Assembly (NCBI RefSeq): GCF_006345805.1
Contig: NC_043006.1
Coordinates: forward strand, 5,208,001-5,272,000
DNA length: 64,000 bases
From: Octopus sinensis
Lineage: Eukaryota
Reading direction: 5' to 3'
Shown one piece after another: positions 27,290 through 39,512 of the stretch (the first letter of the stretch is position 1; every line of letters starts with the position of its first letter). Both the position numbers and the translations under genes were made by a program. The notes under the pieces are model-generated. The model ran no database searches and had not been told where the DNA came from. It worked only from the letters and a program-made list of their open reading frames with translations.

Positions 27290-27498
27290 ATGTGACCGCG
27301 TGTGTACCGTTGGCGATTTTTTCCTCCGGCTTCCCTTCCTTGGACCTTTCCTTCTCCTATATCTCTGACGAAGAGCTCCGCTCGAAACGTTAAATCCTCC
27401 TTCTTCCTTTCCATCTCTGAGCGTCCAATAATACTATACTTGTTCCACGTCCTTGCGTTGTTGTGTTTTCGCTTTGTGCTTTCATGTTTGGATTAACT
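27290..27498 (+). mobile_element. Family E element
   Basis: Same unit with intact HHR core at 27365-27391. 3'-only fragments lie at 39377-39469 and 50785-50862. Confidence 0.8.
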
Positions 27499-27531
27499 AT
27501 ACACACACACACACACACACACACAGACACA

Positions 27532-27580
<49 letters not shown>

Positions 27581-28475
27581 CACACATATATATATATATA
27601 TATTATATATATATATATATATATATGAATAAATGAAAGAATGGAGTCGAACGAAGATGTTAACAAAATTCCTTTACTCTCGACATATGTTTCGAAGACA
27701 ACATTTTTTCATTCCAAAGGAATAAAGGGTGCATTATGCAATCTTCTACCCTTGACAGGCCGCTTCAACCGTGTTTCTGACGTGAATTACTACCCAGGTT
27801 TCGGTTAAACGAATTTTCCATGCTGACGATAAACATAGGATAATTCATTCACCTTAAATAATATATATAATATATATATATATATATTATATATATATAT
27901 AATTAATAGTGAGAATATACTTCATATATAGTACATCTATTTAGTACTCAAAGTTAATTGGGCTATTGGAATATTACGGAAATTTTGGATTTGAGTCAGA
28001 ATTTTGGGTTATCAGTCCATATATGAAAAGTAAAACTTCAATCCATTAAATACTTCATAAAAATATATATGTAGAATAAATATTTCGATTGAGAGGCAAA
28101 CATACACATTGAAATAATACATATTCAGCGATATTTAAATCATTCAAATTTGTACGTACAAAATCATACATATAGATATGTATGTATGAACCATGATACA
28201 TATATATCTATGCACATGCATACACTTGCATATGTCTGTCTGTCTATCTATAAATCTACCTTTATTTATAGACATGTATATATGGGGAGGTGCGTATATC
28301 ATTTCTGGTAAATATATATTGACATATGTTCTTGTTATCTACGGTAATAATATGAAAGCGTATCATATATTCACTCGCTCATTCTCCCTCGGTTCAGTTA
28401 TAGAAAGGGAGAAGCGCGAGCGAGAGACAGAAACAGACTGAGGAGAGGGAGATAAATAGATAGATAGATAGGTAG

Positions 28476-28528
<53 letters not shown>

Positions 28529-28907
28529 GAAGGTGAACGGAAATAGGGAACAGTGAGAAACATAAAATAATTGGTACTTATTTTGACTTCAGCAAGCATG
28601 CTCAGTCATATACGACAGCAATATCAACAACAACATATACAACAACATCAGCAGCAGCAGCAGCAGCGGTGGTAGCGTAAGTCTGAGACAAAATGCTGTA
28701 TTTGTAGATCGGAAGCGGCTGAGGTTAACATTAATTTCTCAGGGACGGAGGTGTCGATTGAATTATCTCTCAGTTAAATATATGCTTGATTTAACTGCGT
28801 ATACCTCCACTATATAGCCTGAAAATTTAAGGTAGTTTCAGGGTCTATAGCAGAAAGAATGAGAAAGCAGCGCATAGCATTAAAGTGACACTGGGGCACA
28901 AATATAC

Positions 28908-29140
28908 TTATTTCTTTACTACCCACAAGAGGCTAAACACAGAAGGGACAAACAAGGACAGACAAACGGATTAAGTCGATTATATCGACCCCAGTGCGTA
29001 ACTGGTACTTATTTAATTGATCCCGAAAGGATGAAAGGCAAAGTCGACCTCGGCGAAATTTGAACTCAGAATGTTGCGGCAGACGAAATACTGCTAAGCA
29101 TTTCGCCCGGCGTGCTAACGATTCTGCCAGCTCACCGCCT
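28908..29140 (-). mobile_element. SINE family A with 15-bp TSD
   Basis: TGGGGCACAAATATA (28892-28906) and TGGGACACAAATATA (29142-29156) flank the copy. Confidence 0.9.
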
Positions 29141-29591
29141 TTGGGACACAAATATATAAAACCCAATACACTTATCATGACTACGCGTCTGATGAGGGTA
29201 AATAAGATACAGGCATCATGACTATATGTACGCGACATAGTGAACTCATATCAAGATGAACAGTGCCTGACCTTGCAGGTAGGGCCCAGTTAGAATTTTT
29301 TCAGGTCAAGTAGACTACTCCGTTCAAAAGGTCCCTAAATAACGGTTGTTTAAGAATGACGAACGTAACACCCATTTTTCCAGAGGTGAATTATTCAAAG
29401 TGCAAAGAGTCCCTCCCAAGAAATGCCTAAGACGCTTCCCCACTGCTCCTGGTCGTGATCAGAGAAGCACAGATCGTCAGTCATTAAGGGACATGCTCAA
29501 GTAACTGACAAGCAAATCTGGGTTCCAATAGGATTTACGAAACCAGATAGGAATATATGGCGGGACACATGAATTACACATGCAATCCAGT

Positions 29592-29646
<55 letters not shown>

Positions 29647-30054
29647 GGGAGATAGAGATAGAGAGAGAGGTTGTTAGCGATAGGAATCGATAACTGTATT
29701 TCTGTATGATATCGATACCGAATTCAAAGACAAGGAACGAATACCGCAAAATTCTAACATTCGAACTGCCCTACTAATTCACCAACTTTTGTATGCACAC
29801 ACACACACATCCCCCGCACTATTAGATACGCATATAAGTAACACACACACACACACACATATATAATGTATGTATACATATGCATAACATTTATTGAAAC
29901 TGATTTTTGGCTTATGGTATCGAGTTTCACGATACTGCGATCTTCAATCGAGAATTGAAGTTTGAAAGACGTGGAACCCGAATTCAATAAACCATATGCA
30001 GTACAGCATGTATTGACCACTCCTTTCTCATTCATCGGACATAATTCAATGTCC

Positions 30055-30166
<112 letters not shown>

Positions 30167-30182
30167 ATATATATATATATAT

Positions 30183-30455
30183 GAGGGTTCTTTTTGAACT
30201 AACCCTGAAATCGGTCCGATATGGTATAATGGAATTTTTTTAGAGATTTCTGTCGACCTTTTTCGAGTAGTGTGCATACTGGGAAAAAAGTTATATGGTA
30301 AATGGACAATATGTCCAATTTTCGGCATATTTGGCATTTGACATTTTTTCGTTTGCCCTTATTTATAAGTTGTTTATAATTTTAACCTTTAAAGGTATTT
30401 CTTGATATGCTGGCCATTGATAAAAAATTTTTTCGAAAATATTTTATCCTACATT

Positions 30456-30458
<3 letters not shown>
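30183..30458. mobile_element. Family J TA-embedded element
   Basis: 30382-30458 matches 5194-5273; both end CCTACATTAGA followed by (TA)n. Confidence 0.65.
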
Positions 30459-30486
<28 letters not shown>

Positions 30487-30589
30487 CGAGGGGTGTATGA
30501 AATGTCTTGAGCCTCAGAAAAACAAAACATGGTACAAGATTTCAAGACTCAAAGACCTTGAAGGCTCAAAACGTTTCTTACACCCCTCG
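30487..30589. mobile_element. 103-bp Tc1/mariner-type MITE
   Basis: 28-bp TIRs CGAGGGGTGTATGAAATGTCTTGAGCCT / CGAGGGGTGTAAGAAACGTTTTGAGCCT (24 of 28 match); TA on the left, TG on the right. Confidence 0.85.
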
Positions 30590-30591
30590 TG

Positions 30592-30630
<39 letters not shown>

Positions 30631-30660
30631 ATACATACATACATACATACATATATGCAG

Positions 30661-30721
<61 letters not shown>

Positions 30722-30872
30722 ACGTATATACAATATATATAATACGTATATATACGTATATACATATATATATATACATATATTTATATGTATGTATACA
30801 TATATATACTTACATACGTACATATATATACATACACACACAATGTATTATATATATATATGTGCATACATA

Positions 30873-32414
30873 CAGTCATATGCCAATGAATTTGACAAGC
30901 ACCGTTCGTTTGCTATTTCGTGTGAATTACCATGTGAATGTTAATGATTTAATATTATTTTAACAGGTTATCTGTTATCCAATAAGATTTGAAAGAAAAA
31001 CTGTTGAAAACCAATAGATATTGCAAATAATCATCAGTTTGCGCAATTGGTTATATTTCCTCCAAGTGGAAATCACATTCCTCTTCATGACTTGGAGTTG
31101 GAATACATGCAAATTAATATCCAGAACAATAAAGCGATGTGTGATGTCATGGGCCTTTTATGATTGATTTTTAATTAATGAATGCTCTTTTCCTCCCACA
31201 ATAACTTCAAATTTTCTTTTCTTTTATTGCGGGGATAGTATTGATACAATAAAAACGTCAGTCAGTAATTTCTTTCTACCAAAATGGCCCAACAACACCG
31301 TGTATTGTTGCTAAAGGCATTGCATCTGAAAGAACTGTATACAGTATTATAAAAACTTTCAAAGTGATAGGATCCATGACGGTGAAGAAGGTCCCCTATC
31401 GTCAACGCCTTTCGTCTAACCGCCAAGACAGGCCTTGGTGAGAAATTAGTTGAGGAATCGAAGTGCCGGCAGTAAAGAGCTTTCTAAAGTTTGGTAATCA
31501 GCCGGTGTCAGCGATTTAGCTCGGTCTGTTCGACGACGACTTCTTGACAATGGTCTCGCTTCACGGAATACTGCAAAGAAACCATTTTTGTTCAAGAAAA
31601 CGTGAAGGAAAAGCTTGTCTTTTGCAGAAAATATAAAAACTGGTCTAGGAACAAGGGAATAAAGTGATATTTTCTGATGAAGCAACATTTCAATTGTTTG
31701 GGACATCTTGAAAAAGGCTCAGCAGAGGTCGAGAAGGTGAACGCTTTGATGAGGCCTGTATCATGCCCACAGTCAAGCATCCAGAAACCATTCATGCGTG
31801 GGGTTGCTTTTCATCCAAGGGCGTTGGATCACTATCAGTTTTGCCAAAAAAACATTTCTATGAATTCTACATGGTACCAAAATATCCTTGAAAGCCATCT
31901 CCTTCCAACCATTGAGAGGCAGTTTGGCGAAGAAACTTGCATTTTCCAATAAGATGGAGCACCTTGCCGCACTGCTAAAAGGATTAAGAAGGATCTTGGA
32001 GATAAAGGTATTGAAATTTTGGAGTCTTGGCCGGGAAATTCTCCAGATTTAAATCTTACCGAAAATTTGTAGACCATTTCTAAAATCCGAGTTGACAGAA
32101 AAAGCCAACAAATATTGAACAGTTGAAAGCTCCCGTACAGCAAGAATGGAGGTCTGTTAACAATGCATTCACTCAATAATTCACTTCCGGCATGCTTTAA
32201 CGAATCACGGACGTCTCGAAAAATAGGGGTCGCCACTGCAAATACTGAGAAGATGAATAACTGCGTATCACACTTTATATGGTTCAAGTGTGTTATTATT
32301 TTCCGTTAATATGCTCGTACGCACTCAAACAAATCAACCTTTTGCTTTAGATAGGCATATTTATGTATTTTTGGTACGAAATAACGATTTTGCCAAATTC
32401 ATTGGCCACGAATG
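30873..32414 (+). mobile_element. Decayed full-length Tc1-family transposon (1542 bp)
   Basis: Imperfect TIRs starting CA(G/T)TC with core GCCAATGAATTTG(A/G)CAA, TA on the left; encloses a transposase pseudogene. Confidence 0.85.
31241..32248 (+). pseudogene. Tc1 transposase pseudogene with DD35E spacing
   Basis: Fragments VRRRLLDNGLASRNTAKKP, KVIFSDEATFQLFG, LLPTIERQFGEETCIFQ*DGAPCRTAK, ILESWPGNSPDLNLTENL, GRHCKY*; several stops and frameshifts. Confidence 0.9.
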
Positions 32415-32790
32415 TGTCTATATATATATCTACACTCTCTCTCTCGCACACACACACTCGTTCCTTGTTATGTGTGTATGTTCTCTGAACATGCAGATGT
32501 GGTTTGTAAGCACACCTGCACGATCAAATAATAATTTTATGTATTTTATGATGAAAAGGTTCTCATTACTATGGTTACAATACAGTCAGTAGATGGCTTC
32601 ATTGATACGTCGTTTTGCGGTAGTCAATTACGATTCTACATTTAAACACAGACGGTGTCAATTTAGGGTTTTGTTCTACTAGAGTCGATAAATAGGTAAG
32701 GAAACTAAGGAATTTCTGTGATTTTTCTAGAATTATGTCCGTCAATTGTGGTATTATTGTCATCATAAATGATATCAATATAATATATTA

Positions 32791-32849
<59 letters not shown>

Positions 32850-33430
32850 GTATGTATGTGTTGTGTGTGTGTGTGTTGTAGCATGTGCGTGTGTGTGTCT
32901 ATATGTATATAAATAAATATATATATATGTATATATATATTTACGTATGTAAGTATGTATGTGTGATTGTATACATAGATTTAATTTTTGGAATGCAAAT
33001 GCGAAAAAGAGTAGTCAATGCATGTAGTAGCTCTTTATTTATTCATTTGTTTATTTGTTTGTGTAAAGTCAATGTTTCACCCCATAGCTCCCAGGCATTC
33101 GTTCAGGCTCATAAAAAACTCATAAAATCTGTTGTTAGCTCCCAATTCTTAACATTAAGCAGTAAGAAATATAATTCCTCTAAGTAGAGCCGCACTTAAA
33201 CTCTGGCAACATTGGTAGGTTGGTTCAGAGGAGGATAAAAGATGAAGTGGTGACTTCTGTTGGTAGAAAGAAAAACTCAAGCATTCGCCATTCGTTTTAC
33301 CTCTCGAATACACTACGATACACCATTCATATTCACATACATACATACATACGTACATACATACATACATACATACATACATACTTACATACATACACAT
33401 ACATACTTACATACATACATACATACATAC

Positions 33431-33461
<31 letters not shown>

Positions 33462-33850
33462 CATACATACATACATACATACATACATACATACATACTT
33501 ACATACAAACATACATACATACATGTGTATGTGTGTGTACATGTGTGTAAGTGTGGTGTGTGTGTATTTATGGATATTTACAAAGAAAATGTTGACTTCG
33601 AAATTTCGGCTTTCTGATCGTCATCAGCTTCGAAGTCACTATCAACTCTATCAATTATTTCCTTGTAAAATTTACGTAAATATCGTACCCTAGTAACAAG
33701 TACTACGCGATACTTCAATTTATAATGCTCAATGTTTTTTAATTAAAAGCTGACATAAAAACAAATGTGAATACACGCTACACGCGCGGACGCGCACATG
33801 CACTCAGACACCGACACAGACACACACAGAGAAATATATATATATATATA

Positions 33851-34013
33851 ATAAAATACAAAATGGGACAAGAACGCAAAACATCCAGACAACTAGGTGA
33901 TACAAAAAGGGACAACAAAACATCCAGATAGATGATACAAAAAAAAACAAGGACAGGTCATTCGAAGCCTTTTATCTTCAGTCAAGAACCGGATTATCCT
34001 CGCAATTTCGGCT
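33851..34013. mobile_element. Family F TA-adjacent element terminus
   Basis: AAAATACAAAATGGGACAAGAACGCAAAACA recurs at 51452-51484 and, reverse-complemented, at 55436-55467, always touching (TA)n. Confidence 0.7.
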
Positions 34014-34158
34014 GCTGTTTGAATTTGTATGTTTGTAACTGTATCTATGCAGGAGTAAATATTCTTGAAGTGTGCAGATGATATAACTTAAGAATAAAGC
34101 ATCATTGATTGGTTTAATATCGATATTTGTTAATCTTGTGGAACAGGTTATGACACGT

Positions 34159-34258
34159 NNNNNNNNNNNNNNNNNNNNNNNNNNNNNNNNNNNNNNNNNN
34201 NNNNNNNNNNNNNNNNNNNNNNNNNNNNNNNNNNNNNNNNNNNNNNNNNNNNNNNNNN
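34159..34258. other. Assembly gap (100 N)
   Basis: Run of N. Confidence 1.
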
Positions 34259-34424
34259 AAAAGATATTCATATCAAAATGCTATATAGCAAAGCGGGTTT
34301 TTAAACAAAAATGTGACAGGAAAAATAAAAAAAACGAAACCAGACAAACAAACAACAATTATATGTATTTCAATCCTAAAGGGACTTCCTGTGTAGTGCG
34401 CGTGCGTGTTACTATGTATGTGTA

Positions 34425-34457
<33 letters not shown>

Positions 34458-34619
34458 GATGTATGTAGGTGTGTGCGTGTGTGTGTTTGTGTGTGTGTTT
34501 ATATACATATACATACATATATATCTATCTATATTTATATATGGATATGAATGTATATGTATACACACAAACACACATACACACCCGAATTGATAAGTAA
34601 AAAGTAATTGTAAAATCAT

Positions 34620-34926
34620 CGTGATCACCGTGACCGACCAGACTATCAGATGTTGCTACACATCGCTGGTCACAATGCGCTTCGCATTGTTTTACCCTTC
34701 AAATGACGCCACCCCGCTGGCTGAGCGAGCAGGCCAACAGAAAAAAGAGTGGGAGAAAGTTGTGGCGAAAGAGTACAGCAGGGATCGCCACCACCCACTG
34801 CCGGCGCCTCGTGGAGTTTTAGGTGTTTTCGCTCAATAAACACTCATAACGCCCGGTCTGGGAATCGAAACCACGATCCTACGACCGCGAGTCCGCTGCC
34901 GTAACCACTGGGCCACTGCGCCTCCA
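34620..34926 (-). mobile_element. SINE family C
   Basis: Reverse-complement match; TGTAAAAT on both flanks. Confidence 0.9.
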
Positions 34927-34993
34927 CAAATGTAAAATAAATATATTCGATACTTACATGTTTGTAAAGTCGTACATGTATGTGTGGTCTCTC

Positions 34994-35367
34994 TTTATTC
35001 TTTTACTCTTTTACCTGTTAAAGTCTTTTGACAGCGTTCATGCTGGAGCACCGCCTTTAGTCGAGCAAATCGACCCCAGGTCTTACTCTTTGTAAGCCTA
35101 GTACTTATTCTGTCGGTCACTTTTGCCGAACCGCTAGGTTACGGGGACGTAGACACACCAGCATCGGTTGTCAAGCGATGTTGGGGCGGAGGGACAAACA
35201 CTGACACACAAACATATACACACGCATACATATATGTATATATACATATATACGTCGGGCTTCTTTCAGTTTCCGTCTACCAAATCCACTCACAAGGCTT
35301 TGGTCGGCCCGAGGCTATAGTAGGAGACACTGGCCCAAGGAGGCACGCAATGGGACTGAACCCGGAA
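34994..35367 (-). mobile_element. SINE family B, head-truncated
   Basis: Reverse-complement match to family B. Confidence 0.88.
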
Positions 35368-35976
35368 AAGTCAATATTCATTATTTGTTTGTATATCTTT
35401 GCGATAGTTTTACTTTATGTACAGCTATAAATCCAAATAGTTAAACTGTTACAAGTTAATCCCTCATTATTAAAGGCAATATTTTCATGCAATGTGCAAC
35501 TGCCGGATCTAATCCCCAGCCTTACATCGCGGTTTTGAATGATTGATTACATTATTGAATGAAAAATCTGCTTAGTTTTTACGGCAATTGTTAGAAAAAG
35601 AATCCAATGAATGATGAAATTGATTTTGTCCACTTCGGTATTATCCAAGAATTTGTGATGGAACTTTAATTATTGTAAAATCATAAAATTTGCTTTGGTG
35701 TGTACGCCTGAGTGTATATATGTATGTATGAATGTATGTATGTACGTATGTATGTCTGTGTTTCTATCTGTGTGTGTTGTGTGTATTATTTTGTGATGTT
35801 TTGTATAGTGTGTGTGTGTGTGTTTCTGTTCTTACACCTGGGAGATTATTCCTATGGATACAACTTCTGGAGTAATTTCGGCCGAATTCGGTGATATGAA
35901 TCAATATCCAAGGTCACTGAAAATACAATTTATTACTATTGCTGGCGGTAAGACGGCAAGCTGTTAGATTCGTTAT

Positions 35977-36284
35977 CACCGTGATCACCGTGACCGACCA
36001 GGCTATCAGATGTTGTTACACATCGCTGGTCACAATGCGCTTCGCATTGTTTTAGCCTTCAAATGACGCCACACCGCTGGCTAAGCGAGCAGGCCAACAG
36101 AAGAAAGAGTGGGAGAAAGAGTGGTGAAAGAGTACAGCAGGGATCACCACCCCCAGCCGGAGCCTCGTGGAACTTTTAGGTGTTTTCGCTCAATAAACAC
36201 ACACAACGCCCGGTCTGGGAATCGAAACCGCGATCCTGCGACCGCGAGTCCGCTGCCCTAACCACTGGGCCATTGCGCCTCCAC
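35977..36284 (-). mobile_element. SINE family C with 12-bp TSD, nested in an old family A copy
   Basis: TAGATTCGTTAT at 35965-35976 and 36285-36296; the flanks join into a diverged family A element (~35948-36465). Confidence 0.9.
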
Positions 36285-36632
36285 TAGATTCGTTATAAAA
36301 CCGGCTAAATTTCTTTGTGGTTGTCGTCCCTCTTTACGTTCTCAATTCATATTCCAGCGAGGTTAACTTTGCTTTCCATCCTTTAGGAATTGTACACTGG
36401 GGTCGATATAATCAACTAGCTCCCTCCCTGCAAAGTTCAGGCCTTCTGCCTATAGTAGAAAGGGTTATTATTGTTATTGGTGAAGCAGCGAAAGTGGTAG
36501 CGCGTCTTTTGCAACATTTTACCAACTCCCACTACGGCTCCCAACGTCCTCAATTCAAATGTCATCGGTTTTGACGTTGACACTTTCCCCTTTAAGGATC
36601 GGTGATATTGTTGCCAATACCAAACGTCCTGT

Positions 36633-36697
<65 letters not shown>

Positions 36698-38069
36698 TAA
36701 AATGTTATGGTCTAATGTCATTGTACAAAATTGTCATTCATCTTAGTTGTACTAGAGTTGGTTGCGTTGAGTGGACGTCTGTAAAATAACCCGGACAAAA
36801 TTTGGATCTTACTCCATTTTTTTCTAGTATATTTTGTTTGGGGATACCTGAGTCCTCGCGTCATTACTATGATTTGAAAAAAAACTAAAGTCCAAGATTT
36901 GTCTTAATAAAAGTGCAAATTATTTAGCATGTTTTGATTATATTTATGCTTTGTAAACATTAAATTACTCAAAGATTTGATATGGAATCCTCTGAGGTGC
37001 TGTAAAATGTGTTAGCAAGAATTGAAAAGAAAAATTCAACAATTTGAACGAATTTTAAACCCTAACCCTAACCCTAATGGGAAAAGATGATGATAAAAAA
37101 AAAGTTAATAAGATCCTGTCATGGATACTCTAACCACTACAAATGGAAAAGGAGTAACTGTAAGAGTTTTAGTGACAAAGCCAGCAATAACAGTTTTAAT
37201 AATATTATATGCTTAATCGAAACACTTGACATAGAACAGTTCCCTGAGAGGAATAAAGCAAAAACGAGAGTAAAGTATGTAACAAAACCAGTGTTTCTTT
37301 GGCCTAAAAATTTATTGGAGTATGAGCAAGATATAAGTGACCGAGCTCCATTTTCCAAAAAAGCGGAGGTCTTTTGATATTCCCCCTGAGGAGCTCTTTG
37401 GAGAAGCTCTGTTTATTTAGGGCAGTGTCACTGGAAGTGTGTGACTAGTTTTTAAAATCAATGATAAGGCGACTGGTGTGTTTTTACACAACGTATCTAG
37501 TCACGGGTGGTTGCTGCCGTGTGTGGGAGACAGAAAGATGCAACAGAAGGGTCATGGTTGAAGACATTGGTGCTCAACTTAACCCTTGGTTTATCATCGG
37601 GGAAACGATGCCCAATGACATATGGCATATGAATTCTGCAAGGCTCTTTCAAAGCTATAACATCTTGTAACAGCAGAAAAAAATGCAAACAAAATGAAGG
37701 GTAGAAAGTCTTGTTACAAATATGGGATCAAGAGCTATTAACGTTTTGCCAAAAAGTGCCAGAAAAAAAGGAACAAAATAGGGAGGCAGATAAGATGAGC
37801 TGAAAAAAATAAAAACACATCAGGGGTTGTTGTTTCTTTATCAACACCGGTCGCGACTCCTCTTTATGAGGATCTGGCGGCCGGTTAGAGTAACAGGAAG
37901 TTAAAGGGTCTCTCGCCCGAAACAGCATGAGATTCAAGATTCTTCGAGTCACCAATGAGAACCTGATGAATTTGATGAACGACTTAGAAGAAGGTGACAA
38001 ATAACTGAGAATGGGGTAGAGGTTGATTATGCGTGACACATGAATGAAAGAATGTTAAGGAAACCACAA

Positions 38070-38470
38070 GGCGCAGGAGTGGCTGTGTGGTAAGTAGCTT
38101 GCTTACCAACCACACGGTTCCGGGTTCAGTCCCACTGCGTGGCACCTTGGGCAAGTGTCTTGTGCTATAGCCCCGGGCCGACCAATGCCTTGTGAGTGGA
38201 TTTGGTAGACGGAAACTGAAAGAAGCCTGTCGTATATATGTATATATATATATGTGTGTGTGTTTGTATGTCTATGTTTGTCCCCCTAGCATTGCTTGAC
38301 AACCGATGCTGGTGTGTTTACGTCCCCGTCACCTAGCGGTTCGGCAAAAGAAACCGATAGAATAAGTACTGGGCTTACAAAGAATGAGTCCCGGGATCGA
38401 TTTGCTCGACTAAAGGCGGTGCTCCAGCATGGCCGCAGTCAAATGACTGAAACAAGTAAAGAGTAAAGAG
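38070..38470 (+). mobile_element. SINE family B, full length
   Basis: tRNA-like head (TGGCTGTGTGGTAA; GGGTTCAGTCCC), CORE-like CACCTTGGGCAAGTG, internal (TA)(TG) tract, GTAAAAGA tail. Confidence 0.9.
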
Positions 38471-38791
38471 TTGTTTATCAATTGCTAAAATTGAACTATC
38501 ACGAAGGTATTCTCACCAATACAACTACGAAGATGCTTACGAGTGTTTCGGAATACACGGTTTGCATACCCAGTCTAGAAGCTGATCAGGGTCGTCGGTT
38601 ACCCTGATTTTGCTTATGTGGTAGTTTCTCACTCAAGTGAGGATGGGTGTCGCCTTTACTTGTACCTATCCGTATTCTATTACTCATATTTGTATACCTT
38701 ATACACAATCATGCGTATACGTATGCACCTACATTGCATATTCCATCTCTGTTTCTATTATTTGTGTTAGTCATCGATTTTAATGTCATAG

Positions 38792-39000
38792 TCTGTATAT
38801 ATAAAGTTGAGAATGTGTGTGTGTGTGCATCACTAAAACTCGAGAACTACTCAACCGATTTCATTCAAATTTTACACATGCTTTACTTAGGGTCCATGCA
38901 GTGTCATGGGTCCAAAAAGGTTTTCTTGCCTAATTCGAGCCCGGATCAATCTCTTATCTCTCATACTGTTTCCGTATTACGTGTCAAAAGTGAAACAATG
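38792..39000 (+). mobile_element. Helitron-like 5' fragment
   Basis: TCTGTATATATAAAG, (TG)n, CAACCGATTTCATTCAAATTTTACACA; same layout as 8169. 3' end not identified. Confidence 0.45.
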
Positions 39001-39119
39001 TCTATTAATACTTTCACTATTATAAATTTCAATTTCAATTACTTTCATTATGTATCTATATATTTTGTACATGTTTCTATATGTATGCATGTGTCAATAT
39101 ATATATATATGTTGTGAGA

Positions 39120-39188
39120 CAAATATTTTTCATAACCTTTACATGTGAATGTATTTATCTAATAAGATTACCTCATATACACTGACAT
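39120..39188 (+). repeat. Unclassified ~70-bp dispersed repeat
   Basis: Near-identical reverse-complement copy at 54219-54288. Confidence 0.75.
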
Positions 39189-39268
39189 ACATACATATAT
39201 CTATGTATGTACATATATATATATACTTTATTTTCGTTTATATATATACATATATATGTATATATGTG

Positions 39269-39300
<32 letters not shown>

Positions 39301-39479
39301 TATATAGATATATATATATATATAATATATATAATATATATTATATATATAATATATATATGTATATACGGTATACCCTTTCCTTCTTTCCTGAGTGTCC
39401 AATAATACTATATTTGTTCCACGTCCTCGCGTTGTTGTGTTTTTTTGTGCTTTCTTGTTTGGATTAACTTTTAGATATG

Positions 39480-39512
<33 letters not shown>

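Noticed and set aside
27670-27760. Minus-strand GAAAC-ATAT-GTC resembling an HHR 3' half
   Set aside because: No CUGANGA at the required position.
31670-31682. CTGATGA motif
   Set aside because: Simply encodes the S-D-E catalytic motif of the Tc1 transposase.
33955-34013. Minus-strand CTGAAGA in family F
   Set aside because: No consistent stem II, GAAA and stem I arrangement.
34105-34593. ORFs spanning the N run
   Set aside because: Artefacts of the assembly gap.
36209-36284. tRNA-like sequences at SINE heads (also 9871, 38070, 43016, 9377)
   Set aside because: A and B boxes are present but there is no closing acceptor stem; they continue into SINE or repeat bodies, so they are not called tRNA genes.
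37896-37930. GGG-TCTCTCG-CCC-GAAAC
   Set aside because: Upstream CUGANGA absent.
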